Assembly: GCF_009914755.1 (NCBI RefSeq) | Contig: NC_060947.1 | DNA: 64,000 nucleotides | Reading direction: 5' to 3' (one strand) | Origin: the human T2T-CHM13v2.0 reference genome, Homo sapiens | Part shown: positions 11,501-25,700 of the stretch, piece after piece | How the letters are laid out: the number at the start of each line of letters is the position of its first letter | Numbering within the stretch: position 1 is the first letter of the stretch | The notes under the pieces: model-generated | The model's database searches: none | What the model saw: only the letters and a program-made list of their open reading frames with translations | What the model was told of the DNA's origin: nothing | Program-made: the position numbers and the translations under genes

Positions 11501-14500
11501 TGTGTTTGGAAACTGCTCCATCATAACGAATGTTCAGCTCCCTGAGTTAAACTCCATCGTCACAAAGAATTTTCTGAGAGTGCTACCGTCTAGTTTTTAT
11601 ATGAAGTTCTTTCCTTTACTACCACAGGCCTCAAAGCGGTCCAAATCTCCACTTGCAGATTCTACAAAAAGAGTGTCTGCAAACTGCTCTATCAAAAGTA
11701 ATGTTCAACTCTGGGAGTTGAATGCAATCATCACAGAGCAGATTCTGAGAATGCTTCTATGTCGTTTTTAGGAGAAGATATTTCCTTTTCCAACACAGTC
11801 CTCCAAGCCCGCTAAATATCCACTTGCACATTGTAGAAAAAGTGTGTCGAAGCTGCGCTATCAAAGGGAAAGTTCAACTCTGTGAGGTGAATGCAAACAT
11901 CCCAAAGAAGTTTCTGAGAATGCTTCCGTTTAGCTTTTAGGTGAAGATTATCCCGTTTGCAACGAAATCTTCACAGAGGTCCAAATATCCCCTTGCGGAT
12001 CCCACAGAAAGAGTGTTTCGAAACTGCTGTTTCAAAAGGAATCTTCAACTCTGTGAGTTGAATGCAATCATCACAAAGAAGTTTCTGACAATGCTTCTCT
12101 CTCGTCTTTCTGTGAAGATAAAGGAAAAGGCTTTCAGGCCTTTTCCACCACAGGCCTGAAAGCGCTCCAAATGTCCACTTGCAGATTCTGCCAAAAGAAT
12201 ATTTCAAAACTGCTCTATGAAAAGCAATGTTAAACTCTGCGGCTCGAACACAAACATCACAAAGCAGTTTCTGAGAATGCTTCAGTTTAGTTTTTCTGTG
12301 GAAATATTCCCGTTTCCAAAGAAATCTTCAAAGAGGTCCACGTATCCACTTACAGATTCTACAAAAAGACAGTTTCAAAACTGCTCAATCAAAAGGAGGG
12401 TTCAACTGTGTGACTTGAATGCAATCATCACTCAGAAGTTTCTGAGAATGCTTCTCTTAATTTTTACGTGAACATATACCCGTTTCGAACGAAGGCCACC
12501 AAGTGGTCCAAATATCCACTTGCAGATTCTACAGAAAGAGTGTTTCGAACCTGAACTCTCAAAGGCAGGGTCATCTCTGCGAGTTAAATGCATTCGTCAT
12601 GAAGAACTTTCTCAGCGTGTTTGTGTTTAGTTATGGGAAATTATTCCCGTTCCCAACGAAATCCTCAGAGAGGTCCAAATGTCCACCTGCAGATTCTACC
12701 AAAAGTGTATTTGGAAACTGCTCCATCAACAGGCATGTTCAGCTCTGTGAGTGAAACTCCATCATCACAAAGAATATTCTGAGAATGCTTCCGTTTGCCT
12801 TTTATATGAAGTTCCTTCCTATACGACCGTAGGCCTCAAAGCAGTCCAAATCTCCATTTGCAGATTCTACAAAAAGAGTGATTCCAATCTGCTCTATCAA
12901 TAGGATTGTTCAACTCCATGAGTTGAATGCCATCCTCACAAAGTCGTTTCTGAGAATGCTTCTATCTAGTTTTTATGTGAAGATATTTCCTTTTCCACCA
13001 CAGGCCTCAAAGCCCTCCAAACGTCCACTTGCAGATTCTCGAAAAAGAGTGTTTCATAGCTGCTCTTTCAAAAGGAAAGTTCAACTCTGGGAGTTGAATA
13101 CAAACATCACAAAGTAGTTTCCGAGAATGCTTCTGTTTAGTTCTTATGTGAAGATGATCCCGTTTCCAGTGAAATCTCCAAAGAGGTCCACATATCCCCT
13201 TGCAGATTCCAAAGAAAGAGGGTTTCAAAACTGCTCCATCAAAAGGATTGTTCAACTCTGTGAGTTGAATGCAGTCATCGCAGAAAACTTTCTGAGAATG
13301 CTTCTGTCTAGGTTTGATGTGAAGATATAGACGTTTCAAACGAAGGCTACAAAGTGGTCAAAATATACACTTGCAGATTGTACTACAAGGGTGTTGCAAA
13401 CCTGAACTATCAAAGGAAGTTTCAACTCTGTGTGTTGAATACAAACATCGCAAAGAATGTTCTGAGTTTGCTTCCGTTCAGTTATGGGAAGTTGATCCCG
13501 TTTCCAACGAAATCCTCAGAGAGGTCCAAATATCCCCTTGCAGATTCTACAAAAAGTGTGTTTGGAAACTGCTCCATCATAACGAATGTTCAGCTCCCTG
13601 AGTTAAACTCCATCGTCACAAAGAATTTTCTGAGAGTGCTACCGTCTAGTTTTTATATGAAGTTCTTTCCTTTACTACCACAGGTCTCAAAGCGGTCCAA
13701 ACCTCCACTTGCAGATTCTACAAAAAGAGTGTCTGCAAATTGCTCTATCAAAAGGAATGTTCAACTCTGGGAATTGAATGCAATCATCACAGAGCAGTTT
13801 CTGAGAATGCTTCTATGTCGTTTTTAGGAGAAGATATTTCCTTTTCCAACACAGTCCTGCAAGCCCACTAAATATCCACTTGCACATTGTAGAAAAAGTG
13901 TGTCGAAGCTGCGCTATCAAAGGGAAAGTTCAACTCTGTGAGGTGAATGCAAACATCCCAAAGAAGTTTCTGAGAATGCTTCCGTTTAGCTTTTAGGTGA
14001 AGATTATCCCGTTTGCAACGAAACCTTCAAAGAGGTCCAAATATCCCCTTGCGGATCCCACAGAAAGAGTGTTTCGAAACTGCTGTTTCAAAAGGAATCT
14101 TCAACTCTTTGAGTTGAATGCAATCATCACAAAGAAGTTTCTGACAATGCTTCTCTCTCGTCTTTCTGTGAAGATAAAGGAAAAGGCTTTCAGGCCTTTT
14201 CCACCACAGGCCTGAAAGCGCTCCAAATGTCCACTTGCAGATTCTGCCAAAAGAATATTTCAAAACTGCTCTATGAAAAGCAATGTTAAACTCTGCGGCT
14301 CGAACACAAACATCACAAAGCAGTTTCTGAGAATGCTTCAGTTTAGTTTTTCTGTGGAAATATTCCCGTTTCCAAAGAAATCTTCAAAGAGGTCCACGTA
14401 TCCACTTACAGATTCTACAAAAAGACAGTTTCAAAACTGCTCAATCAAAAGGAGGGTTCAACTGTGTGACTTGAATGCAATCATCACTCAGAAGTTTCTG

Positions 14501-16764
14501 AGAATGCTTCTCTTTAGTTTTTACGTGAACATATACCCGTTTCGAACGAAGGCCACCCAGTGGTCCAAATATCCACTTGCAGATTCTACAGAAAGAGTGT
14601 TTCGAACCTGAACTCTCAAAGGCAGGTTCATCTCTGCGAGTTAAATGCATTCATCATGAAGAACTTTCTCAGCGTGTTTGTGTTTAGTTGTGGGAAATTA
14701 TTCCCGTTCCCAACGAAATCCTCAGAGAGGTCCGAATGTCCACCTGCAGATTCTACCAAAAGTGTATTTGGAAACTGCTCCATCAACAGGCATGTTCAGC
14801 TCTGTGAGTGAAACTCCATCATCACAAAGAATATTCTGAGAATGCTTCCGTTTGCCTTTTATATGAAGTTCCTTCCTATACGACCGTAGGCCTCAAAGCA
14901 GTCCAAATCTCCATTTGCAGATTCTACAAAAAGAGTGATTCCAATCTGCTCTATCAATAGGATTGTTCAACTCCATGAGTTGAATGCCATCCTCACAAAG
15001 TCGTTTCTGAGAATGCTTCTATCTAGTTTTTATGTGAAGATATTTCCTTTTCCACCACAGGCCTCAAAGCCCTCCAAACGTCCACTTGCAGATTCTCGAA
15101 AAAGAGGGTTTCATAGCTGCTCTTTCAAAAGGAAAGTTCAACTCTGGGAGTTGAATACAAACATCACAAAGTAGTTTCCGAGAATGCTTCTGTTTAGTTT
15201 TTATGTGAAGATGATCCCGTTTCCAGTGAAATCTTCAAAGAGGTCCACATATCCCCTTGCAGATTCCAAAGAAAGAGGGTTTCAAAACTGCTCCATCAAA
15301 AGGATTGTTCAACTCTGTGTGTTGAATGCAGTCATCACAGAAAACTTTCTGAGAATGCTTCTGTCTAGGTTTGATGTGAAGATATAGACGTTTCAAACGA
15401 AGGCTACAAAGTGGTCAAAATATACACTTGCAGATTCTACTACAAGGGTGTTGCAAACCTGAACTATCAAAGGAAGGTTCAACTCTGTGAGTTGAATACA
15501 AACATCCCAAAGAATGTTCTGAGTTTGCTTCCGTTCAGTTATGGGAAGTTGATCCCGTTCCCAACGAAATCCTCAGAGAGGTCCAAGTATCCCCTTGCAG
15601 ATTCTACAAAACGTGTTTGGAAACTGCTCCATCATAACGAATGTTCAGCTCTCTGAGTTAAACTCCATCGTCACAAAGAATTTTCTGAGAGTGCTACCGT
15701 CTTGTTTTTATATGAAGTTCTTTCCTTTACTACCACAGGCCTCAAAGCGGTCCAAATCTCCACTTGCAGATTCTACAAAAAGAGTGTCTGCAAACTGCTC
15801 TATCAAAAGGAATGTTCAACTCTGGGAGTTGAATGCAATCATCACAGAGCAGTTTCTGAGAATGCTTCTATGTCGTTTTTAGGAGAAGATATTTCCTTTT
15901 CCAACACAGTCCTCCAAGCCCGCTAAATAGCCACTTGCACATTGTAGAAAAAGTGTGTCAAAGCTGCGCTATCAAAGGGAAAGTTCAACTCTGTGAGGTG
16001 AATGCAAACATCCCAAAGAAGTTTCTGAGAATGCTTCCGTTTAGCTTTTAGGTGAAGATTATCCCGTTTCCAACGAAATCTTCAAAGAGGTCCAAATATC
16101 CCCTTGCCGATCCCACAGAAAGAGTGTTTCGAAACTGCTGTTTCAAAAGGAATCTTCAACTCTGTGAGTTGAATGCAATCATCACAAAGAAGTTTCTGAC
16201 AATGCTTCTCTCTCGTCTTTCTGTGAAGATAAAGGAAAAGGCTTTCAGGCCTTTTCCACCACAGGCCTGAAAGCGCTCCAAATGTCCACTTGCAGATTCT
16301 GCCAAAAGAATATTTCAAAACTGCTCTATGAAAAGCAATGTTAAACTCTGCGGCTCGAACACAAACATCACAAAGCAGTTTCTGAGAATGCTTCAGTTTA
16401 GTTTTTCTGTGGAAATATTCCCGTTTCCAAAGAAATCTTCAAAGAGGTCCACGTATCCACTTACAGATTCTACAAAAAGACAGTTTCAAAACTGCTCAAT
16501 CAAAAGGAGGGTTCAACTGTGTGACTTGAATGCAATCATCACTCAGAAGTTTCTGAGAATGCTTCTCTTTAGTTTTTACGTGAACATATACCCGTTTCGA
16601 ACGAAGGCCACCCAGTGGTCCAAATATCCACTTGCAGATTCTACAGAAAGAGTGTTTCGAACCTGAACTCTCAAAGGCAGGTTCATCTCTGCGAGTTAAA
16701 TGCATTCGTCATGAAGAACTTTCTCAGCGTGTTTGTGTTTAGTTATGGGAAATTATTCCCGTTC
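8541..16764 (-). repeat. Multi-HOR duplicon copy 1 (4 HORs, 8224 bp; boundaries approximate)
   Basis: Diagnostic variants recur at +8224: ttcaCctcc 8801/17025, ctcttaattttt deletion at ~10403/18627 and ~12459/20683, 2-bp deletion acgtgtttgg at ~15613/23837. Confidence 0.85.
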
Positions 16765-19700
16765 CCAACGAAATCCTCAGAGAGGTCCAAATGTCCACCT
16801 GCAGATTCTACCAAAAGTGTATTTGGAAACTGCTCCATCAACAGGCATGTTCAGCTCTGTGAGTGAAACTCCATCATCACAAAGAATATTCTGAGAATGC
16901 TTCCGTTTGCCTTTTATATGAAGTTCCTTCCTATACGACCGTAGGCCTCAAAGCAGTCCAAATCTCCATTTGCAGATTCTACAAAAAGAGTGATTCCAAT
17001 CTGCTCTATCAATAGGATTGTTCACCTCCATGAGTTGAATGCCATCCTCACAAAGTCGTTTCTGAGAATGCTTCTATCTAGTTTTTATGTGAAGATATTT
17101 CCTTTTCCACCACAGGCCTCAAAGCCCTCCAAACGTCCACTTGCAGATTCTCGAAAAAGAGTGTTTCATAGCTGCTCTTTCAAAAGGAAAGTTCAACTCT
17201 GGGAGTTGAATACAAACATCACAAAGTAGTTTCAGAGAATGCTTCTGTTTAGTTCTTATGTGAAGATGATCCCGTTTCCAGTGAAATCTCCAAAGAGGTC
17301 CACATATCCCCTTGCAGATTCCAAAGAAAGAGGGTTTCAAAACTGCTCCATCAAAAGGATTGTTCAACTCTGTGAGTTGAATGCAGTCATCGCAGAAAAC
17401 TTTCTGAGAATGCTTCTGTCTAGGTTTGATGTGAAGATATAGACGTTTCAAACGAAGGCTACAAAGTGGTCAAAATATACACTTGCAGATTCTACAACAA
17501 GGGTGTTGCAAACCTGAACTATCAAAGGAAGGTTCAACTCTGTGGGTTGAATACAAACATCGCAAAGAATGTTCTGAGTTTGCTTCCGTTCAGTTATGGG
17601 AGGTTGATCCCGTTTCCAACGAAATCCTCAGAGAGGTCCAAATATCCCCTTGCAGATTCTACAAAACGTGTGTTTGGAAACTGCTCCATCATAACGAATG
17701 TTCAGCTCCCTGAGTTAAACTCCATCGTCACAAAGAATTTTCTGAGAGTGCTACCGTCTAGTTTTTATATGAAGTTCTTTCCTTTACTACCACAGGCCTC
17801 AAAGCGGTCCAAATCTCCACTTGCAGATTCTACAAAAAGAGTGTCTGCAAACTGCTCTATCAAAAGGAATGTTCAACTCTGGGAGTTGAATGCAATCATC
17901 ACAGAGCAGATTCTGAGAATGCTTCTATGTCGTTTTTAGGAGAAGATATTTCCTTTTCCAACACAGTCCTCCAAGCCCGCTAAATAGCCACTTGCACATT
18001 GTAGAAAAAGTGTGTCGAAGCTGCGCTATCAAAGGGAAAGTTCAACTCTGTGAGGTGAATGCAAACATCCCAAAGAAGTTTCTGAGAATGCTTCCGTTTA
18101 CCTTTTAGGTGAAGATTATCCCGTTTACAACGAAATCTTCAAAGAGGTCCAAATATCCCCTTGCGGATCCCACAGAAAGAGTGTTTCGAAACTGCTGTTT
18201 CAAAAGGAATCTTCAACTCTGTGAGTTGAATGCAATCATCACAAAGAAGTTTCTGACAATGCTTCTCTCTCGTCTTTCTGTGAAGATAAAGGAAAAGGCT
18301 TTCAGGCCTTTTCCACCACAGGCCTGAAAGCGCTCCAAATGTCCACTTGCAGATTCTGCCAAAAGAATATTTCAAAACTGCTCTATGAAAAGCAATGTTA
18401 AACTCTGCGGCTCGAACACAAACATCACAAAGCAGTTTCTGAGAATGCTTCAGTTTAGTTTTTCTGTGGAAATATTCCCGTTTCCAAAGAAATCTTCAAA
18501 GAGGTCCACGTATCCACTTACAGATTCTACAAAAAGACAGTTTCAAAACTGCTCAATCAAAAGGAGGGTTCAACTGTGTGACTTGAATGCAATCATCACT
18601 CAGAAGTTTCTGAGAATGCTTCTCTTAATTTTTACGTGAACATATACCCGTTTCGAACGAAGGCCACCCAGTGGTCCAAATATCCACTTGCAGATTCTAC
18701 AGAAAGAGTGTTTCGAACCTGAACTCTCAAAGGCAGGGTCATCTCTGCGAGTTAAATGCATTCGTCATGAAGAACTTTCTCAGCGTGTTTGTGTTTAGTT
18801 ATGGGAAATTATTCCCGTTCCCAACGAAATCCTCAGAGAGGTCCAAATGTCCACCTGCAGATTCTACCAAAAGTGTATTTGGAAACTGCTCCATCAACAG
18901 GCATGTTCAGCTCTGTGAGTGAAACTCCATCATCACAAAGAATATTCTGAGAATGCTTCCGTTTGCCTTTTATATGAAGTTCCTTCCTATACGACCGTAG
19001 GCCTCAAAGCAGTCCAAATCTCCATTTGCAGATTCTACAAAAAGAGTGATTCCAATCTGCTCTATCAATAGGATTGTTCAACTCCATGAGTTGAATGCCA
19101 TCCTCACAAAGTCGTTTCTGAGAATGCTTCTATCTAGTTTTTATGTGAAGATATTTCCTTTTCCACCACAGGCCTCAAAGCCCTCCAAACGTCCACTTGC
19201 AGATTCTCGAAAAAGAGTGTTTCATAGCTGCTCTTTCAAAAGGAAAGTTCAACTCTGGGAGTTGAATACAAGCATCACAAAGTAGTTTCAGAGAATGCTT
19301 CTGTTTAGTTCTTATGTGAAGATGATCCCGTTTCCAGTGAAATCTCCAAAGAGGTCCACATATCCCCTTGCAGATTCCAAAGAAAGAGGGTTTCAAAACT
19401 GCTCCATCAAAAGGATTGTTCAACTCTGTGAGTTGAATGCAGTCATCGCAGAAAACTTTCTGAGAATGCTTCTGTCTAGGTTTGATGTGAAGATATAGAC
19501 GTTTCAAACGAAGGCTACAAAGTGGTCAAAATATACACTTCCAGATTCTACAACAAGGGTGTTGCAAACCTGAACTATCAAAGGAAGGTTCAACTCTGTG
19601 GGTTGAATACAAACATCGCAACGAATGTTCTGAGTTTGCTTCCGTTCAGTTATGGGAGGTTGATCCCGTTTCCAACGAAATCCTCAGAGAGGTCCAAATA

Positions 19701-22700
19701 TCCCCTTGCAGATTCTACAAAACGTGTGTTTGGAAACTGCTCCATCATAACGAATGTTCAGCTCCCTGAGTTAAACTCCATCGTCACAAAGAATTTTCTG
19801 AGAGTGCTACCGTCTACTTTTTATATGAAGTTCTTTCCTTTACTACCACAGGCCTCAAAGTGGTCCAAATCTCCACTTGCAGATTCTACAAAAAGAGTGT
19901 CTGCAAACTGCTCTATCAAAAGTAATGTTCAACTCTGGGAGTTGAATGCAATCATCACAGAGCAGATTCTGAGAATGCTTCTATGTCGTTTTTAGGAGAA
20001 GATATTTCCTTTTCCAACACAGTCCTCCAAGCCCGCTAAATATCCACTTGCACATTGTAGAAAAAGTGTGTCGAAGCTGCGCTATCAAAGGGAAAGTTCA
20101 ACTCTGTGAGGTGAATGCAAACATCCCAAAGAAGTTTCTGAGAATGCTTCCGTTTAGCTTTTAGGTGAAGATTATCCCGTTTGCAACGAAATCTTCAAAG
20201 AGGTCCAAATATCCCCTTGCGGATCCCACAGAAAGAGTGTTTCGAAACTGCTGTTTCAAAAGGAATCTTCAACTCTGTGAGTTGAATGCAATCATCACAA
20301 AGAAGTTTCTGACAATGCTTCTCTCTCGTCTTTCTGTGAAGATAAAGGAAAAGGCTTTCAGGCCTTTTCCACCACAGGCCTGAAAGCGCTCCAAATGTCC
20401 ACTTGCAGATTCTGCCAAAAGAATATTTCAAAACTGCTCTATGAAAAGCAATGTTAAACTCTGCGGCTCGAACACAAACATCACAAAGCAGTTTCTGAGA
20501 ATGCTTCAGTTTAGTTTTTCTGTGGAAATATTCCCGTTTCCAAAGAAATCTTCAAAGAGGTCCACGTATCCACTTACAGATTCTACAAAAAGACAGTTTC
20601 AAAACTGCTCAATCAAAAGGAGGGTTCAACTGTGTGACTTGAATGCAATCATCACTCAGAAGTTTCTGAGAATGCTTCTCTTAATTTTTACGTGAACATA
20701 TACCCGTTTCGAACGAAGGCCACCAAGTGGTCCAAATATGCACTTGCAGATTCTACAGAAAGAGTGTTTCGAACCTGAACTCTCAAAGGCAGGGTCATCT
20801 CTGCGAGTTAAATGCATTCGTCATGAAGAACTTTCTCAGCGTGTTTGTGTTTAGTTATGGGAAATTATTCCCGTTCCCAACGAAATCCTCAGAGAGGTCC
20901 AAATGTCCACCTGCAGATTCTACCAAAAGTGTATTTGGAAACTGCTCCATCAACAGGCATGTTCAGCTCTGTGAGTGAAACTCCATCATCACAAAGAATA
21001 TTCTGAGAATGCTTCCGTTTGCCTTTTATATGAAGTTCCTTCCTATACGACCGTAGGCCTCAAAGCAGTCCAAATCTCCATTTGCAGATTCTACAAAAAG
21101 AGTGATTCCAATCTGCTCTATCAATAGGATTGTTCAACTCCATGAGTTGAATGCCATCCTCACAAAGTCGTTTCTGAGAATGCTTCTATCTAGTTTTTAT
21201 GTGAAGATATTTCCTTTTCCACCACAGGCCTCAAAGCCCTCCAAACGTCCACTTGCAGATTCTCGAAAAAGAGTGTTTCATAGCTGCTCTTTCAAAAGGA
21301 AAGTTCAACTCTGGGAGTTGAATACAAACATCACAAAGTAGTTTCCGAGAATGCTTCTGTTTAGTTCTTATGTGAAGATGATCCCGTTTCCAGTGAAATC
21401 TCCAAAGAGGTCCACATATCCCCTTGCAGATTCCAAAGAAAGAGGGTTTCAAAACTGCTCCATCAAAAGGATTGTTCAACTCTGTGAGTTGAATGCAGTC
21501 ATCGCAGAAAACTTTCTGAGAATGCTTCTGTCTAGGTTTGATGTGAAGATATAGACGTTTCAAACGAAGGCTACAAAGTGGTCAAAATATACACTTGCAG
21601 ATTGTACTACAAGGGTGTTGCAAACCTGAACTATCAAAGGAAGTTTCAACTCTGTGTGTTGAATACAAACATCGCAAAGAATGTTCTGAGTTTGCTTCCG
21701 TTCAGTTATGGGAAGTTGATCCCGTTTCCAACGAAATCCTCAGAGAGGTCCAAATATCCCCTTGCAGATTCTACAAAAAGTGTGTTTGGAAACTGCTCCA
21801 TCATAACGAATGTTCAGCTCCCTGAGTTAAACTCCATCGTCACAAAGAATTTTCTGAGAGTGCTACCGTCTAGTTTTTATATGAAGTTCTTTCCTTTACT
21901 ACCACAGGTCTCAAAGCGGTCCAAACCTCCACTTGCAGATTCTACAAAAAGAGTGTCTGCAAACTGCTCTATCAAAAGGAATGTTCAACTCTGGGAATTG
22001 AATGCAATCATCACAGAGCAGTTTCTGAGAATGCTTCTATGTCGTTTTTAGGAGAAGATATTTCCTTTTCCAACACAGTCCTGCAAGCCCACTAAATATC
22101 CACTTGCACATTGTAGAAAAAGTGTGTCGAAGCTGCGCTATCAAAGGGAAAGTTCAACTCTGTGAGGTGAATGCAAACATCCCAAAGAAGTTTCTGAGAA
22201 TGCTTCCGTTTAGCTTTTAGGTGAAGATTATCCCGTTTGCAACGAAACCTTCAAAGAGGTCCAAATATCCCCTTGCGGATCCCACAGAAAGAGTGTTTCG
22301 AAACTGCTGTTTCAAAAGGAATCTTCAACTCTTTGAGTTGAATGCAATCATCACAAAGAAGTTTCTGACAATGCTTCTCTCTCGTCTTTCTGTGAAGATA
22401 AAGGAAAAGGCTTTCAGGCCTTTTCCACCACAGGCCTGAAAGCGCTCCAAATGTCCACTTGCAGATTCTGCCAAAAGAATATTTCAAAACTGCTCTATGA
22501 AAAGCAATGTTAAACTCTGCGGCTCGAACACAAACATCACAAAGCAGTTTCTGAGAATGCTTCAGTTTAGTTTTTCTGTGGAAATATTCCCGTTTCCAAA
22601 GAAATCTTCAAAGAGGTCCACGTATCCACTTACAGATTCTACAAAAAGACAGTTTCAAAACTGCTCAATCAAAAGGAGGGTTCAACTGTGTGACTTGAAT

Positions 22701-25700
22701 GCAATCATCACTCAGAAGTTTCTGAGAATGCTTCTCTTTAGTTTTTACGTGAACATATACCCGTTTCGAACGAAGGCCACCCAGTGGTCCAAATATCCAC
22801 TTGCAGATTCTACAGAAAGAGTGTTTCGAACCTGAACTCTCAAAGGCAGGTTCATCTCTGCGAGTTAAATGCATTCATCATGAAGAACTTTCTCAGCGTG
22901 TTTGTGTTTAGTTGTGGGAAATTATTCCCGTTCCCAACGAAATCCTCAGAGAGGTCCGAATGTCCACCTGCAGATTCTACCAAAAGTGTATTTGGAAACT
23001 GCTCCATCAACAGGCATGTTCAGCTCTGTGAGTGAAACTCCATCATCACAAAGAATATTCTGAGAATGCTTCCGTTTGCCTTTTATATGAAGTTCCTTCC
23101 TATACGACCGTAGGCCTCAAAGCAGTCCAAATCTCCATTTGCAGATTCTACAAAAAGAGTGATTCCAATCTGCTCTATCAATAGGATTGTTCAACTCCAT
23201 GAGTTGAATGCCATCCTCACAAAGTCGTTTCTGAGAATGCTTCTATCTAGTTTTTATGTGAAGATATTTCCTTTTCCACCACAGGCCTCAAAGCCCTCCA
23301 AACGTCCACTTGCAGATTCTCGAAAAAGAGGGTTTCATAGCTGCTCTTTCAAAAGGAAAGTTCAACTCTGGGAGTTGAATACAAACATCACAAAGTAGTT
23401 TCCGAGAATGCTTCTGTTTAGTTTTTATGTGAAGATGATCCCGTTTCCAGTGAAATCTTCAAAGAGGTCCACATATCCCCTTGCAGATTCCAAAGAAAGA
23501 GGGTTTCAAAACTGCTCCATCAAAAGGATTGTTCAACTCTGTGTGTTGAATGCAGTCATCACAGAAAACTTTCTGAGAATGCTTCTGTCTAGGTTTGATG
23601 TGAAGATATAGACGTTTCAAACGAAGGCTACAAAGTGGTCAAAATATACACTTGCAGATTCTACTACAAGGGTGTTGCAAACCTGAACTATCAAAGGAAG
23701 GTTCAACTCTGTGAGTTGAATACAAACATCCCAAAGAATGTTCTGAGTTTGCTTCCGTTCAGTTATGGGAAGTTGATCCCGTTCCCAACGAAATCCTCAG
23801 AGAGGTCCAAGTATCCCCTTGCAGATTCTACAAAACGTGTTTGGAAACTGCTCCATCATAACGAATGTTCAGCTCTCTGAGTTAAACTCCATCGTCACAA
23901 AGAATTTTCTGAGAGTGCTACCGTCTTGTTTTTATATGAAGTTCTTTCCTTTACTACCACAGGCCTCAAAGCGGTCCAAATCTCCACTTGCAGATTCTAC
24001 AAAAAGAGTGTTTGCAAACTGCTCTATCAAAAGTAATGTTCAACTCTGGGAGTTGAATGCAATCATCACAGAGCAGTTTCTGAGAATGCTTCTATGTCGT
24101 TTTTAGGAGAAGATATTTCCTTTTCCAACAGAGTCCTCCAAGCCCGCTAAATATCCACTTGCACATTGTAGAAAAAGTGTGTCGAAGCTGCGCTATCAAA
24201 GGGAAAGTTCAACTCTGTGAGGTGAATGCAAACATCCCAAAGAAGTTTCTGAGAATGCTTCCGTTTAGCTTTTAGGTGAAGATTATCCCGTTTGCAACGA
24301 AATCTTCAAAGAGGTCCAAATATCCCCTTGCGGATCCCACAGAAAGAGTGTTTCGAAACTGCTGTTTCAAAAGGAATCTTCAACTCTGTGAGTTGAATGC
24401 AATCATCACAAAGAAGTTTCTGACAATGCTTCTCTCTCGTCTTTCTGTGAAGATAAAGGAAAAGGCTTTCAGGCCTTTTCCACCACAGGCCTGAAAGCGC
24501 TCCAAATGTCCACTTGCAGATTCTGCCAAAAGAATATTTCAAAACTGCTCTATGAAAAGCAATGTTAAACTCTGTGGCTCAAACACAAACATCACAAAGC
24601 GGTCTCTGAGAATGCTTCAGTTTAGTTTTTCTGTGGAAATATTCACTTTTCCAAAGAAATCTTCAAAGAGGTCCACGTATCCACTTACAGATTCTACAAA
24701 AAGACAGTTTCAAAACTGCTCAATCAAAAGGAGGGTTCAACTGTGTGACTTGAATGCAATCATCACTCAGAAGTTTCTGAGAATGCTTCTCTTTAGTTTT
24801 TACGTGAACATATACCCGTTTCGAACGAAGGCCAGCCAGTGGTCCAAATATCCACTTGCAGATTCTACAGAAAGAGTGTTTCGAACCTGAACTCTCAAAG
24901 GCAGGTTCATCTCTGCGAGTTAAATGCATTCATCATGAAGAACTTTCTCAGCGTGTTTGTGTTTAGTTATGGGAAATTATTCCCGTTCCCAACGAAATCC
25001 TCAGAGAGGTCCAAATGTCCACCTGCAGATTCTACCAAAAGTGTATTTGGAAACTGCTCCATCAACAGGCATGTTCAGCTCTGTGAGTGAAACTCCGTCA
25101 TCACAAAGAATATTCTGAGAATGCTTCCGTTTGCCTTTTATATGAAGTTCCTTCCTATACGACCGTAGGCCTCAAAGCAGTCCAAATCTCCATTTGCAGA
25201 TTCTACAAAAAGAGTGATTCCAATCTGCTGTATCAATAGGATTGTTCAACTCCATGAGTTGAATGCCATCCTCACAAAATCGTTTCTGAGAATGCTTCTA
25301 TCTAGTTTTTATGTGAAGATATTTCCTTTTCCACCACAGGCCTCAAAGCCCTCCAAACGTCCACTTGCAGATTCTCGAAAAAGAGTGTTTCATAGCTGCT
25401 CTTTCAAAAGGAAAGTTCAACTCTGGGAGTTGAATACAAACATCACAAAGTAGTTTCAGAGAATGCTTCTGTTTAGTTCTTATGTGAAGATTATCCCGTT
25501 TCCTGTGAAATCTTCAAAGAGGTCCACATATCCCCTTGCAGATTCCAAAGAAAGAGGGTTTCAAAACTGCTCCATCAAAAGGATTGTTCAACTCTGTGAG
25601 TTGAATGCAGTCATCGCAGAAAACTTTCTGAGAATGCTTCTGTCTAGGTTTGATGTGAAGATATAGACGTTTCAAACGAAGGCTACAAAGTGGTCAAAAT

